A stretch of DNA of 44,217 nt, taken from NCBI GenBank assembly GCA_001438965.1, contig LIAY01000001.1:1-44217 (forward strand), in the 5' to 3' direction. The position numbers and the translations under genes are program-made. Below, one piece after another: positions 16,422-27,693 of the stretch (the first letter of the stretch is position 1; each line of letters starts with the position of its first letter). Under the pieces are notes generated by a model that was given only the letters and a program-made list of their open reading frames with translations, ran no database searches and was not told the DNA's origin. The stretch comes from Microbacteriaceae bacterium BACL25 MAG-120322-bin65. GTDB lineage: Bacteria; Actinomycetota; Actinomycetes; Actinomycetales; Microbacteriaceae.

Positions 16422-19400
16422 GTGACTCTGCGCTTTGTTTCCACCTGGTTAGCCGGTGATGAGGGTTTTCATAAGGCCTTAGAGGCCACCGATCGTGGTG
16501 GGTCGGTTGTCTTGCCCACGGGGGCTCAGGCTCCCTTTATCGCTGCGGCCCTGGCCAAGGCGGGATCGGGTTCGACCATGGTGGTCGTGTGCGCGACGGG
16601 TCGCGAATCTGATGGTCTGCGGGACCAGCTGCGCTCGGTAGTGGGACCAGGCACTGAGGTGCTGGATTTTCCAGCATGGGAAACGTTGCCTCATGAGCGC
16701 CTGAGCCCGCACGCGGAAACTGTCGCTAGACGGCGTTGCGCTCTGCGTGCTCTATATCAAGCAGGCGAGCATCCCCGCGATACGTCGTTGATTGTGGTGG
16801 CCTCGATTAGGGCTTTGGTGCAACCGATCAACCCTGAGATTGCCCACTTTGAGCCGTGGGTGGCCACCAAAGATGCCAGCGATCATTCTCTCGATGAGTG
16901 GGTTTCCTACCTCGTCCACGCTGCGTATTCGCGAGTTGACTTGGTTACTCGACGTGGTGAGTTCGCTCTGCGCGGTGGAATCTTGGATGTTTTTCCACCT
17001 CTTGCGGATCACCCGGTGCGCCTAGATTTCTTTGGCAACACGATTGATCAGATGACCTTTTTCAACGTTTCTGATCAACGATCCCTGCCCGGTGATGTGG
17101 AATCGGTGTCTTTGGAACCAGCGCGCGAAATGCTCATTACGGACTCCGTGAAATCCAGGGCCTCTCAACTGGTGAGTGAATATCCAGGACTGGGTCAGCT
17201 GTTAGAAAAAATTGCAGCGGGAATCCCTGCTGAGGGGATGGAATCACTGCAACCTTTGCTTGTTCCTGGCCTGGTGTCACCGCTAAGCCTGAGCCCGGCT
17301 AGCACCATGATCGTGGAAGTCTCTGCCCAAAAAGTTGCCGCCCGGGCGGAAATACTCCACCACACCAATCGCGAGTTTCTCCATGCCGCCTGGGAAGCTG
17401 CGGCCATGGCCGGTACTAGTGCACCGATTGATCTAGCCTTGGGCGATTTTCTCTCCCGCGATGATGTGGTCGCTGGCGCGGCCCCCAGGCCATGGGTGTC
17501 CCTGGATGCTCTGGATACTGGTGACGGCGCAGCGCTGCGCCCCAAGGTTTCCCCACTACCCGTGGGGGCAGGGGGAGTGGACGAGGTTTGGGAGTTTGTG
17601 GCCGAGCGCGCTGCTGCTGGCGATCGCGTGGTGTGTGTGGCAGCAGGAGCTGGCCTTATCGAGCGAACCGGTGACGTTTTAGGTGAGCGGGATATTCCCC
17701 ACCGCGTTGTTGACAGTGATGACCCCGAAGTGACCCCCGGTGTCGTGTTGGTCGCCCAGGGTGGCTTGGTGGATGGTTTTTGGTTGCCTGAGGCAGGCCT
17801 GGTGGTGGTGTGCGAGAAGGAGCTCTATGGCAAAGCGGTGAGTGCCTCGCGTCGCAGTAATCGCACGCTCGCCACCAAACGCACCCGGGTGGTTGACCCG
17901 TTGCAACTGAGTTCCGGGGACTATGTCGTTCATGACACCCACGGGGTGGGACGCTTTGTGGAACTTGTCACCCGGGAAATCTCAACTGGTGGCCGAAATG
18001 CGATGACCAGCCAGCGTGAGTTTGTGGTCTTGGAATACGCACCCAGCAAACGTGGGGGACCATCAGATCGGCTCTATGTTCCCACCGATCAGCTCAATCA
18101 GCTCAGCCACTATGTCGGTAGCGATCAGCCTGCACTGTCAAAAATGGGTGGATCGGATTGGTCCTCAACTAAGGGCAAAGCTAGAAGAGCTGTTCGCGAG
18201 CTTGCCGTTGACTTAGTCACGCTGTATTCGGCCCGCATGGCGGCGCCCGGCTACGCATTTTCGCCCGATACACCGTGGCAAAGAGAGCTCGAAGAGGCAT
18301 TCCCGTTTGTGGAAACCCCCGATCAGGTGACCACGATCGATGAGGTCAAAGCCGATATGGAGCGCCCCATCCCGATGGATCGTCTCATCGCCGGCGATGT
18401 GGGTTTTGGTAAGACCGAGATTGCCGTGCGGGCGGCTTTCAAAGCCGTTCAAGATAGCAAACAGGTTGCCGTTATTGCGCCCACCACCTTGCTGGTCAAG
18501 CAGCATATGGAAACTTTCCAGGAACGCTACGCGCCCTTCCCGGTGAGAGTGCGAGCCCTGTCCCGTTTTCAAACAGATTCTGAAGCCAAAGATGTCATTG
18601 CGGGTCTCGCCGATGGCAGCGTTGATGTGGTGATCGGAACCCACCGTTTGCTTGCTAAAACGGTGAGCTTTAAAGATTTGGGCCTGATCATCATCGATGA
18701 GGAACAGCGCTTTGGCGTGGAGCACAAAGATTCCTTGAAAGCACTGAAAACCAATGTTGATGTGTTGGCGATGAGTGCCACCCCGATTCCTCGAACACTG
18801 GAGATGGCGGTTACGGGTATTAGGGAAATGTCGACACTGGCAACCCCGCCGGAACAGCGCCACCCCATTTTGACTTTCGTAGGGCCCTACAACGACGCGC
18901 AGGCGGTGGCGGCGATTCGTCGCGAGCTGTTGCGCGAAGGCCAAGTGTTCTTTGTCCATAACCGGGTTTCGAGTATCAATCGTGTTGCTGCCCGGATAGC
19001 CGAACTGGTGCCCGAAGCTCGCGTTGGCGTGGCGCATGGCCAGATGCCCGAATCTGAACTTGAGGCCACCATGGTCGATTTCTGGGAGCGACGCTTTGAT
19101 GTCCTGGTTTCCACCACGATTATTGAAACCGGCCTGGATGTGACCAACGCGAACACGCTGATCATTGATCGAGCAGAGCGTTATGGCTTATCCCAGCTGC
19201 ACCAGCTTCGCGGTCGGGTGGGACGCGGCCGGGAGCGCGGGTATGCCTATTTGCTTTATGACGCCGAGGCTCCAATGGGCGAAAACGCCCACGATCGCTT
19301 AGCAACCTTGGCCGCCACTACAGATTTGGGTGGCGGAACACGGATAGCTCTCAAAGACCTGGAAATGCGCGGTGCGGGAAATATGCTGGGCGCCGAACAA

Positions 19401-19964
19401 GCGGGACACATCCAGGGCGTGGGATTTGATTTGTATTTGCGCATGGTGGGTGAAGCCATTGCCACCTTCCGTGATGAAGTTGCTCCGGGGGTGACCGAAT
19501 TGCGTCTTGAGCTGCCCGTGGACGCTCGAATTCCCTTGAGCTACATCGATAGTGAGCGTTTGCGTTTAGAGATCTATCAAAAGCTTTCTGGTGCCGCTGC
19601 GCCGAGTGCCGCCAAGGATGCTATTGATGAGGTGGTCGAGGAAATGAGAGACCGCTACGGCGAGCTTCCTTCCGAGGTTGAAACGTTGGTTCGGGTGACC
19701 AGACTGCGACGTCAGGCTATGGCTAGCGGGCTCAGCGAGGTCATCGTTATCGGCCACAAGCTTCGTGTGGTGGGACCGCCGCTGCCCGATTCGCTCAAAG
19801 TACGACTAGCCCGCTTGTATCCCAAAGCAACCTATATGGCCCCAGCAAGAGTCGCCCTGATTCCGGTGCCCGAGGATTACACGGATCACGCCATGGTCAC
19901 TTTCGTAGAGGGCGTGCTGGAGGCTTTGTTTCCTGCAGCGGTAGCCCAAAAAACGGCAGACTAG
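16422..19964 (+). CDS. mfd: Transcription-repair coupling factor
   Basis: WETLPHERLSP, RGGILDVF, GDYVVHDTHGVG, GDVGFGKTE, DEEQRFGV, SATPIPRTL, QLRGRVGR, TRCF domain. Confidence 0.97.
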   Translation: MTLRFVSTWLAGDEGFHKALEATDRGGSVVLPTGAQAPFIAAALAKAGSGSTMVVVCATGRESDGLRDQLRSVVGPGTEVLDFPAWETLPHERLSPHAETVARRRCALRALYQAGEHPRDTSLIVVASIRALVQPINPEIAHFEPWVATKDASDHSLDEWVSYLVHAAYSRVDLVTRRGEFALRGGILDVFPPLADHPVRLDFFGNTIDQMTFFNVSDQRSLPGDVESVSLEPAREMLITDSVKSRASQLVSEYPGLGQLLEKIAAGIPAEGMESLQPLLVPGLVSPLSLSPASTMIVEVSAQKVAARAEILHHTNREFLHAAWEAAAMAGTSAPIDLALGDFLSRDDVVAGAAPRPWVSLDALDTGDGAALRPKVSPLPVGAGGVDEVWEFVAERAAAGDRVVCVAAGAGLIERTGDVLGERDIPHRVVDSDDPEVTPGVVLVAQGGLVDGFWLPEAGLVVVCEKELYGKAVSASRRSNRTLATKRTRVVDPLQLSSGDYVVHDTHGVGRFVELVTREISTGGRNAMTSQREFVVLEYAPSKRGGPSDRLYVPTDQLNQLSHYVGSDQPALSKMGGSDWSSTKGKARRAVRELAVDLVTLYSARMAAPGYAFSPDTPWQRELEEAFPFVETPDQVTTIDEVKADMERPIPMDRLIAGDVGFGKTEIAVRAAFKAVQDSKQVAVIAPTTLLVKQHMETFQERYAPFPVRVRALSRFQTDSEAKDVIAGLADGSVDVVIGTHRLLAKTVSFKDLGLIIIDEEQRFGVEHKDSLKALKTNVDVLAMSATPIPRTLEMAVTGIREMSTLATPPEQRHPILTFVGPYNDAQAVAAIRRELLREGQVFFVHNRVSSINRVAARIAELVPEARVGVAHGQMPESELEATMVDFWERRFDVLVSTTIIETGLDVTNANTLIIDRAERYGLSQLHQLRGRVGRGRERGYAYLLYDAEAPMGENAHDRLATLAATTDLGGGTRIALKDLEMRGAGNMLGAEQAGHIQGVGFDLYLRMVGEAIATFRDEVAPGVTELRLELPVDARIPLSYIDSERLRLEIYQKLSGAAAPSAAKDAIDEVVEEMRDRYGELPSEVETLVRVTRLRRQAMASGLSEVIVIGHKLRVVGPPLPDSLKVRLARLYPKATYMAPARVALIPVPEDYTDHAMVTFVEGVLEALFPAAVAQKTAD

Positions 19965-19968
19965 GGTC

Positions 19969-20634
19969 ATGCCACAACATGAGGGCCTTTCGGGGCTCAT
20001 TGCCACCATGGCCACTCTGCGCTCACCTGGGGGATGCCCGTGGGATTTAGAACAAACCCACGAGAGTCTTGTGCCCTATCTCCTCGAAGAAGTCTTTGAA
20101 CTTATCGAGGCTCTGGAAGCCGGGACTCGGGCCGACGTCAAAGAAGAACTGGGCGACGTGTTGTATCAGCTTCTTTTTCATGCCGATATCGCCAGTGCTG
20201 ATCCCCTAGACCCCTTCGACATTGATGAGATTGCCCAGTTGGTGGATCAGAAAATGCGCACCCGTCACCCCCACGTTTTTGCCTCAGGTGATGCCACCAC
20301 CGTTGCCGAAGTGAGTGCCCGGTGGGAAGAAATTAAGGCGGAAGAAAAAGCGCAGCGAACCAGCGTGTTAGAGGGCATTCCGGACAAACTCTCCGCACTT
20401 GCTAGGGCTGCCAGCGTGGTGAAGCGATCACAAGCAGTTCTTGCTTCACACGACACTTCAGAAGGGGCGACATATCAGGGCGAAGCGGAGCTAGGCGAGG
20501 TGCTCTTAGCCCTAGTTGCCAGTGCGCGCGCTCAAGGCTTTGACCCTGAGCGCGCGTTGCGAGTGGCAACCCGGTCTTATGAGGACAAGGTGATCGAAGC
20601 TGAGCGCGCCCAGAAGCTAGCTAAAGGCCACTAG
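19969..20634 (+). CDS. mazG: MazG family nucleotide pyrophosphohydrolase
   Basis: LRSPGGCPWD..QTHESL, EEVFE, EELGDVL, RHPHVF. Confidence 0.92.
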   Translation: MPQHEGLSGLIATMATLRSPGGCPWDLEQTHESLVPYLLEEVFELIEALEAGTRADVKEELGDVLYQLLFHADIASADPLDPFDIDEIAQLVDQKMRTRHPHVFASGDATTVAEVSARWEEIKAEEKAQRTSVLEGIPDKLSALARAASVVKRSQAVLASHDTSEGATYQGEAELGEVLLALVASARAQGFDPERALRVATRSYEDKVIEAERAQKLAKGH

Positions 20635-20661
20635 GCCAACACTTAGTGAGAGAATTGAACA

Positions 20662-21930
20662 ATGGCGGTGACTTCGGCGCGAGGCATGCGGGATTTTCTT
20701 CCCCGAGATAAAGAGCGGCGCGATGGCGTCCTTGCGGTTATTGCCGAGACGTATTTGCGCCACGGTTTTGAACCCATCGAAACCCCTGCTTTGGAAGATC
20801 TCGAGCGTTTGCACTCTGGTTTGGGCGGCGACAATGAGAAGCTGAGTTTTCAGGTTCACAAGCGCGGTCTGACGGCAGAGGACATCGCCCAGGCGTCCAC
20901 GCCGGAAGAATTAAGTGATCTCGGGCTTCGCTTTGACCTCACGGTTCCCCTGGCCCGTTTTTATGCATCCAACCACGGAGCGTTACCTCCCGTATTTCGC
21001 TCCTTTCATGTGGGGCCAGTGTGGCGAGCAGAGCGGCCACAAAAAGGTCGCTACCGACAGTTTGTGCAATGCGATATCGACATTGTGGGCCAATCCGAGA
21101 TTCTGGCTGAAGTGGAAACCATGCTGGCGGCAGCTGATGTCTTAGATCGCCTAGGGGTTGCGGGTTGGAGCATGCGGGTCAATGATCGACGCCTACTGCT
21201 GGAGCTTCTTGCCTCTGCCGGTATCAACAAAGATCACCACAACACCGCTTTGATTACTTTGGATAAGTTGGACAAAATTGGCGCAGAGGGCGTGCTCCAA
21301 GAGCTCAAGGAGAGACTCCCTGAAGGTTTTTCCACTGAAGTGTTAACACCGGTTCTCTCCGGAGTGACACCGGGTTTCGACCCAGAAGCCATCGCCGCAG
21401 TGATGGGGGGCTCACTGGCAGCTCTCGATGCGGCAACTCAGTTGTGTTCGTGGGTGGGTGTGGTGGAAGACATTCGTGGCCAAGGAGAGTTTGTTTGGGA
21501 TCCCACTCTGGTACGCGGTATGGGTTACTACACCGGCTCCATTATGGAAGCTACCCATCCCAACCTGGGGGTCTCTCTCGGTGGCGGCGGACGCTACGAC
21601 GGGATGATCGGGCGATTCCTTGGTACTGAGGTCCCTGCCGTCGGGTTCTCGCTAGGTTTTGAAAGACTCGTTGAGATTTTGCCCACCGATTCTGTTGCGT
21701 CGCCTACTCGAGTTGCTTTGGTCTATGAAGCCGGTAGTGACGTTTCGCACGTGATGAAACTGAAAATGCAGTTGGTTTCGACCGGTCACACCGTTCGGCT
21801 TGTTGCTGGGACCAAAAATCGCCGAGCGCTCTATGAGCGCCTCGTCGTGGATGGTTTTTCTCGAGCCGCAGAGGTGGATGATTCCCACCTTGATGCAGAA
21901 CACCTGCCGTGGCGGGAATTAGACGCCTAG
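20662..21930 (+). CDS. hisS: Histidine--tRNA ligase
   Basis: RGMRDFLP, LRFDLTVP, WRAERPQKGRYRQFVQCDID, LVRGMGYYTG, GGGRYDG, GFSLGFERL. Confidence 0.95.
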   Translation: MAVTSARGMRDFLPRDKERRDGVLAVIAETYLRHGFEPIETPALEDLERLHSGLGGDNEKLSFQVHKRGLTAEDIAQASTPEELSDLGLRFDLTVPLARFYASNHGALPPVFRSFHVGPVWRAERPQKGRYRQFVQCDIDIVGQSEILAEVETMLAAADVLDRLGVAGWSMRVNDRRLLLELLASAGINKDHHNTALITLDKLDKIGAEGVLQELKERLPEGFSTEVLTPVLSGVTPGFDPEAIAAVMGGSLAALDAATQLCSWVGVVEDIRGQGEFVWDPTLVRGMGYYTGSIMEATHPNLGVSLGGGGRYDGMIGRFLGTEVPAVGFSLGFERLVEILPTDSVASPTRVALVYEAGSDVSHVMKLKMQLVSTGHTVRLVAGTKNRRALYERLVVDGFSRAAEVDDSHLDAEHLPWRELDA

Positions 21931-21966
21931 TTACTCACTGGCAACGAAGGCCTTACTAAGATTTAG

Positions 21967-23301
<1,335 letters not shown>

Positions 23302-23353
23302 CCATTGGCCTGCGAGCCCATGGGTATAGCTAACATCCAAGTTCTAAACTGAA

Positions 23354-23872
23354 GTGGTGGCTAGAGAAAAAAAGCGAAAAAAGCCGGCAGGGGCTGCGTC
23401 AGCTGCCTCTGTGCTGTTATCGCTTCAGGCATCAGGCTTTGCTGTGACCATTCTGATTTTGTTGGTCGCTGGTGTCGTAATTCTTTCCCCCGCCCTGCGG
23501 GTGTTAGCTGAGCAACAGCAGGAGATTTCTCAACTAGAAGACACTCTGGCGGCTAGCAGCTTGGAAGTAGTTCAACTCGAAGAGCAACGCGAACGCTGGA
23601 AAGACCCAGCGTATGTCGAAACCCAGGCCAGAGAACGGCTAATGTTTGTCTACCCCGGCGATATCACCTACCTCGTCATTGATGATCTCGAGAGTGATCT
23701 AGACAACAGCGAGCGGGATATTTCTCCCGAACTGGTGCACGCAAGCACCGACTGGCGAGAGTCCTTGCTGGCCTCATACCTGATTGCCGCGACAACTAGT
23801 AGAAGCGCCGAAGCCTTGGAGCCCGAAACTTCCCCACTGATTCCTTCACCCGATCTTGGCGCCACGCAGTGA
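23354..23872 (+). CDS. Septum formation initiator (FtsB/DivIC family)
   Basis: TM helix, coiled coil and WKDPAYVETQARERL. Conserved position after eno. Confidence 0.85.
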   Translation: MVAREKKRKKPAGAASAASVLLSLQASGFAVTILILLVAGVVILSPALRVLAEQQQEISQLEDTLAASSLEVVQLEEQRERWKDPAYVETQARERLMFVYPGDITYLVIDDLESDLDNSERDISPELVHASTDWRESLLASYLIAATTSRSAEALEPETSPLIPSPDLGATQ

Positions 23873-24363
23873 CGAGCGCGCATGATCTTCCCACCCCTCG
23901 CGATATTGAGGTGGTGAGCGACCAGTTGGGTCGACCAGCTAGAGACATCGTGGCGGTGTCTGCCAGGTGCGTGTGTGGCAATCCGGTTGTGGTGATGACA
24001 AAACCTCGCCTGGAGGATGGCACCCCTTTCCCTACGGTGTATTACTTGACCCAGCCTGCTGCCACCCAGGCGGCTTCTCGTTTAGAAGCAGAAGCCAAAA
24101 TGGCCGAATATCAACAACGTTTGGCTGAGGATCCCGAAGCGCTATTTGCCTACCAGAGCGCTCATGAATCCTTTATTGCCACTAGGGAGGCCCTAGCGGT
24201 TGTGGAAGAAATCGCTGGGATATCTGCTGGCGGGATGCCCACTCGAGTGAAGTGCCTGCACTCGCTAATGGCTCACGCGCTCTCTGTCGGCCCTGGTGTT
24301 AACCCGGTAGGGGATTGGGCGCTTGGCGATACCAACTGGAGTGTCACAACATGTCGTTGCTAA
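23869..24363 (+). CDS. DUF501 domain protein
   Basis: QLGRPAR, PRLEDGTPFPTVYYLT, ISAGGMPTRVKCLH, GVNPVGD. Confidence 0.9.
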   Translation: MTSAHDLPTPRDIEVVSDQLGRPARDIVAVSARCVCGNPVVVMTKPRLEDGTPFPTVYYLTQPAATQAASRLEAEAKMAEYQQRLAEDPEALFAYQSAHESFIATREALAVVEEIAGISAGGMPTRVKCLHSLMAHALSVGPGVNPVGDWALGDTNWSVTTCRC

Positions 24364-25592
24364 GAGTGCGACCTCTTCTCGCGGTGGCACTAGCTGGTGC
24401 CCTACTGGGCCTACCGGCAACAGTCTCGCCAGTGGGCCCCGCACAGGCTGATCAGGTGCGCGAGCGAGAATATTGGCTGGCTGATTATGGAATTGAAAAT
24501 GCGTGGAGTCTTACCCGAGGCGCTGGGGTGCGCATCGCCATTATTGATACCGGCGTTGACGGCACCCACCCTGATTTAGTGGGTGCCGTAGTTGGTGGAG
24601 CCGACTTCTCAGGACTGGGGAGTACCAATGGGCAAACCCCGGTGGGATATGAGCGCCGCCACGGCACCATGGTCGCCTCCTTGGCTGCCGGGCGCGGCAA
24701 TAACGGCAGTGATGGTGTGCTCGGTAGTGCACCTGAGGCCGAAATATTGAGTTTGTCGGTGAGCTTTACCGGCGGAGTGATTTCCTCTGATGAACAGATT
24801 GCTCATGCAGTTCGATTCGCCGTGGATAACGGAGCTGACATTATTTCTCTCTCGCTGACCAGAAACACCAGGGATTGGCCAGAATCGTGGGATGACGCCT
24901 TTGGTTATGCCGAAGACAACGATGTGGTCGTCATTGCTGCTGCTGGTAATCGCGGCAGTGGCACGTTGTCGGTGGGGGCGCCGGCCACCATGCCCGGTGT
25001 GCTCACCGTCGGTGGTGTGACCCAAGCGGGTGAAGCAAGCGATAGCGCCTCATCACAGGGCATCACTATTGGTGTGATGGCACCCAGTGAAGGCCTGGTC
25101 GGCGCCATTCCTGAAGGCGGTTATGTTGCCTGGTCGGGGACAAGCGGGGCCACGCCGATTGTGGCGGGCATTGTGGCACTTGTTCGAGCTCGCTACCCCG
25201 ACATGAATGCTGCCAATGTAATCAATCGAATTTTGGCGAGCGCTAGACCAGTGGGTAATACGACTCCAGATCCACTCTATGGCTATGGATTGGTCGATGC
25301 TTATGCTGCGTTAGTGGATGACGTGCCCACTGTTAGTGCCAATCCCCTGGGCACCATTGATGATTGGGTCACCTTGCATCGACGCCAAGAGGGAACAGCA
25401 ATTGTGGTGCCCTTAGGGCCCAGCAACGTCATCGAGGAACCCTCCGGCCCCCCACCCTCCGTGGTTTTAGCAACACCGGATACCGTGGGAGATGTTGTGC
25501 CCTATCTACTCACCGGCGCCTTCGCGGTGGCTCTCCTGGTGGTTTTAGCCAGTGGGGGTGCTCTTGCATTGGTGAGGTGGCGAAAGAGGTAG
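24351..25592 (+). CDS. S8 (subtilisin/mycosin-like) serine peptidase, secreted with a C-terminal membrane anchor
   Basis: Signal peptide, catalytic D (IIDTG), H (HGTMVA) and S (GTSGATP), oxyanion AAAGN, C-terminal TM followed by RWRKR. Confidence 0.9.
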   Translation: MSLLRVRPLLAVALAGALLGLPATVSPVGPAQADQVREREYWLADYGIENAWSLTRGAGVRIAIIDTGVDGTHPDLVGAVVGGADFSGLGSTNGQTPVGYERRHGTMVASLAAGRGNNGSDGVLGSAPEAEILSLSVSFTGGVISSDEQIAHAVRFAVDNGADIISLSLTRNTRDWPESWDDAFGYAEDNDVVVIAAAGNRGSGTLSVGAPATMPGVLTVGGVTQAGEASDSASSQGITIGVMAPSEGLVGAIPEGGYVAWSGTSGATPIVAGIVALVRARYPDMNAANVINRILASARPVGNTTPDPLYGYGLVDAYAALVDDVPTVSANPLGTIDDWVTLHRRQEGTAIVVPLGPSNVIEEPSGPPPSVVLATPDTVGDVVPYLLTGAFAVALLVVLASGGALALVRWRKR

Positions 25593-25632
25593 GTTTGAAC
25601 CTGTTCTTTATTGAGAAAAACATAGGTGGCAC

Positions 25633-26982
25633 GTGACTCGAATAGTAATTGTCGGCGGAGGTTACGCCGGTTTTTATACCGCTTTTAAGCTCGAAAGACT
25701 CTTACGTCGAGGTGAAGCGGAAGTTGTCGTCATCGACCCGCTTCCCTATATGACCTACCAGCCATTTTTGCCAGAGGTGGCAGCAGGCTCGATTGAGTCC
25801 CGCCACGCCATCATTCCCTTGCGACGCCACTTGCCTAAAACCAGGGTTATCAACGCGCGGGTGACCGGTATCAATCATGTCAAGAAGACCGTGACGGTGA
25901 CCCCTGAAGGTTTGGATGATTTCACTCTGGATTATGACCACGTGGTCATTACTGCTGGCGCTGTATCGAGAACGTTCCCCATTCCTGGTGTCGCCGATTT
26001 TGCAATCGGGATGAAGACCATCGAAGAGGCTGTTTCGGTTCGTGATCGGCTCATCGACAACATGCACGTCGCCGCTGATATGCCCCCTGGCCCTGCCCGG
26101 GATCGCATGTTAACGCTCGTTGTCGTGGGGGGTGGTTTTGCGGGGATTGAAGCTTTTGCTGAACTACGCAGTTTGGTTTCCTCGATGTTGAAAGAGTTCC
26201 CCACGCTCACCATCGATGACACCCACTTCCACTTGATTGAAGCGATGGATCGCATCATGCCAGAAGTGTCGCTCAAGAGCTCGTTGTGGGTGATTAAGAA
26301 CCTAGAACGACGCCAGGCCCATATTCACTTGAATACCCAGCTCACTAGCGCGGTTGGTGGCAAACTCGAGCTTTCTAACGGCATGACTCTCGAAACAGAC
26401 ATCGTTATTTGGACTGCCGGTGTGAAAGCCCAGTCGATGCTCGGAGGTACAGGTATTCCTTTGGATGATCGTGACCGGATCTGTGCCGGCGCGGATTTGC
26501 GTGTGCTGGATGGCGAGACGGTGCTGGAGGGCATGTGGAGCGCCGGAGACGTTGCGAGGGTACCTGATCTCAGCGGCGGGGGAGTGGGCGGTTACTGCGT
26601 TCCTAACGCCCAGCATGCTGTTCGCCAAGGAAAGATTTTGGCAAAAAACTTGGCGGCCGTATTGCGCGATGAGAACACTAAAGACTACGTTCACAAGAAT
26701 TTGGGTGCTGTTGCGGGCCTGGGTGTGGGCTATGGAGTGTTCCAAAGTGGCAACTTCGCGGTGACTGGCCTGTTGGGATGGATTATGCATCGCGTCTATC
26801 ACGGCTTCGCTATTCCCACTTTTGAGCGCAAAGCACGAGTGTTTACCAACTGGGCGCTCCACCTTATCTGGGGTCGCGACTTTGCCAGTGTGCGCAAAGT
26901 GCAGCGCCCCCGCGAATTCTTTGAAGAATTTGCGACCCGGCCAGCGCCGGTGGGCAAGAAAGCAAAGGCGCCCTCTCGCTAA
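25633..26982 (+). CDS. ndh: Type II NADH dehydrogenase family FAD-dependent oxidoreductase
   Basis: IVIVGGGYAG, YQPFLPEVAAG, VVGGGFAGIE, WTAGV, AGD, PNAQHAVRQG. Confidence 0.85.
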   Translation: MTRIVIVGGGYAGFYTAFKLERLLRRGEAEVVVIDPLPYMTYQPFLPEVAAGSIESRHAIIPLRRHLPKTRVINARVTGINHVKKTVTVTPEGLDDFTLDYDHVVITAGAVSRTFPIPGVADFAIGMKTIEEAVSVRDRLIDNMHVAADMPPGPARDRMLTLVVVGGGFAGIEAFAELRSLVSSMLKEFPTLTIDDTHFHLIEAMDRIMPEVSLKSSLWVIKNLERRQAHIHLNTQLTSAVGGKLELSNGMTLETDIVIWTAGVKAQSMLGGTGIPLDDRDRICAGADLRVLDGETVLEGMWSAGDVARVPDLSGGGVGGYCVPNAQHAVRQGKILAKNLAAVLRDENTKDYVHKNLGAVAGLGVGYGVFQSGNFAVTGLLGWIMHRVYHGFAIPTFERKARVFTNWALHLIWGRDFASVRKVQRPREFFEEFATRPAPVGKKAKAPSR

Positions 26983-26994
26983 CATGGTGAGCTA

Positions 26995-27068
26995 GCCCCG
27001 GTAGCCCAATCGGCAGAGGCAGACGACTTAAAATCGTCCCAGTCAGGGTTCGAGTCCCTGCCGGGGCA
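26995..27068 (+). tRNA. tRNA-Leu(TAA), short variable loop
   Basis: Acceptor GCCCCGG/CCGGGGC, anticodon stem GACGA/TCGTC with TAA at 27029-27031, T-arm CAGGG-TTCGAGT-CCCTG, discriminator A. Confidence 0.95.
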
Positions 27069-27109
27069 CCCTCACCAAATTCCAGATTGACCGGAGTAGT
27101 GTTATGGCT

Positions 27110-27676
27110 ATGGATGGACTCATAATTCTCGGTGGAATCGTTTTGATCGTTGCCGTAATAGGAATTTACCTGTGGGCGACCTACAACGCTTTGGTGACAC
27201 TCAACGTTCGCGTTGATGAGGCCTGGAGTGACATTACGGTGCAGCTCAAGCGCCGAGCAGATTTAATTCCGAACCTTATTGAAACCGTCAAAGGCTACGC
27301 AAGTCATGAAAGCCAAGTTTTTGAGCAAGTCACCAAAGCCCGAGCGGCGGCATTAGGCGCGAGCGGCCCGGCTGGCGCTGCCGAAGCCGAAAACATGATG
27401 CAGAGTGCCCTGAAAAGCATTTTTGCTGTGGCTGAGGCCTACCCACAACTGCAGGCAAGCCAAAACTTCTTACAGTTGCAGGCGGAACTAGTTGACACGG
27501 AAGACAAAATTCAGGCCTCGAGGCGCTTCTATAACGGTGGCGTTCGAGAACTCAACACCAAGATTCAGCTCTTCCCCAACACACTTTTTGCCAAGAACTT
27601 GGGCTTTAGCGCAAGAGATTTCTTCGAAGTAGAAGACCCCTCCGCCATTGCCCAGGCGCCTCGCGTTCAGTTCTAG
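27110..27676 (+). CDS. lemA: LemA family protein
   Basis: N-terminal TM, YNALV, AWSDITVQLKRRADLIPNL, AEAYPQL, RRFYN. Alternative start at 27104. Confidence 0.94.
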   Translation: MDGLIILGGIVLIVAVIGIYLWATYNALVTLNVRVDEAWSDITVQLKRRADLIPNLIETVKGYASHESQVFEQVTKARAAALGASGPAGAAEAENMMQSALKSIFAVAEAYPQLQASQNFLQLQAELVDTEDKIQASRRFYNGGVRELNTKIQLFPNTLFAKNLGFSARDFFEVEDPSAIAQAPRVQF

Positions 27677-27693
27677 TTCTTTAGGCGGGTTAC

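Noticed and set aside
18213-19037. 274-aa minus-strand ORF
   Set aside because: Lies wholly antisense to the mfd helicase domain and has no independent coding signal.
19969-20634. Short MazG with a degenerate second domain, considered as a pseudogene or defence gene
   Set aside because: The ORF is intact and in the usual mfd-mazG-eno neighbourhood. Short forms are ordinary in actinobacteria.
26302-26985. 227-aa minus-strand ORF
   Set aside because: Antisense shadow of the ndh-like gene.
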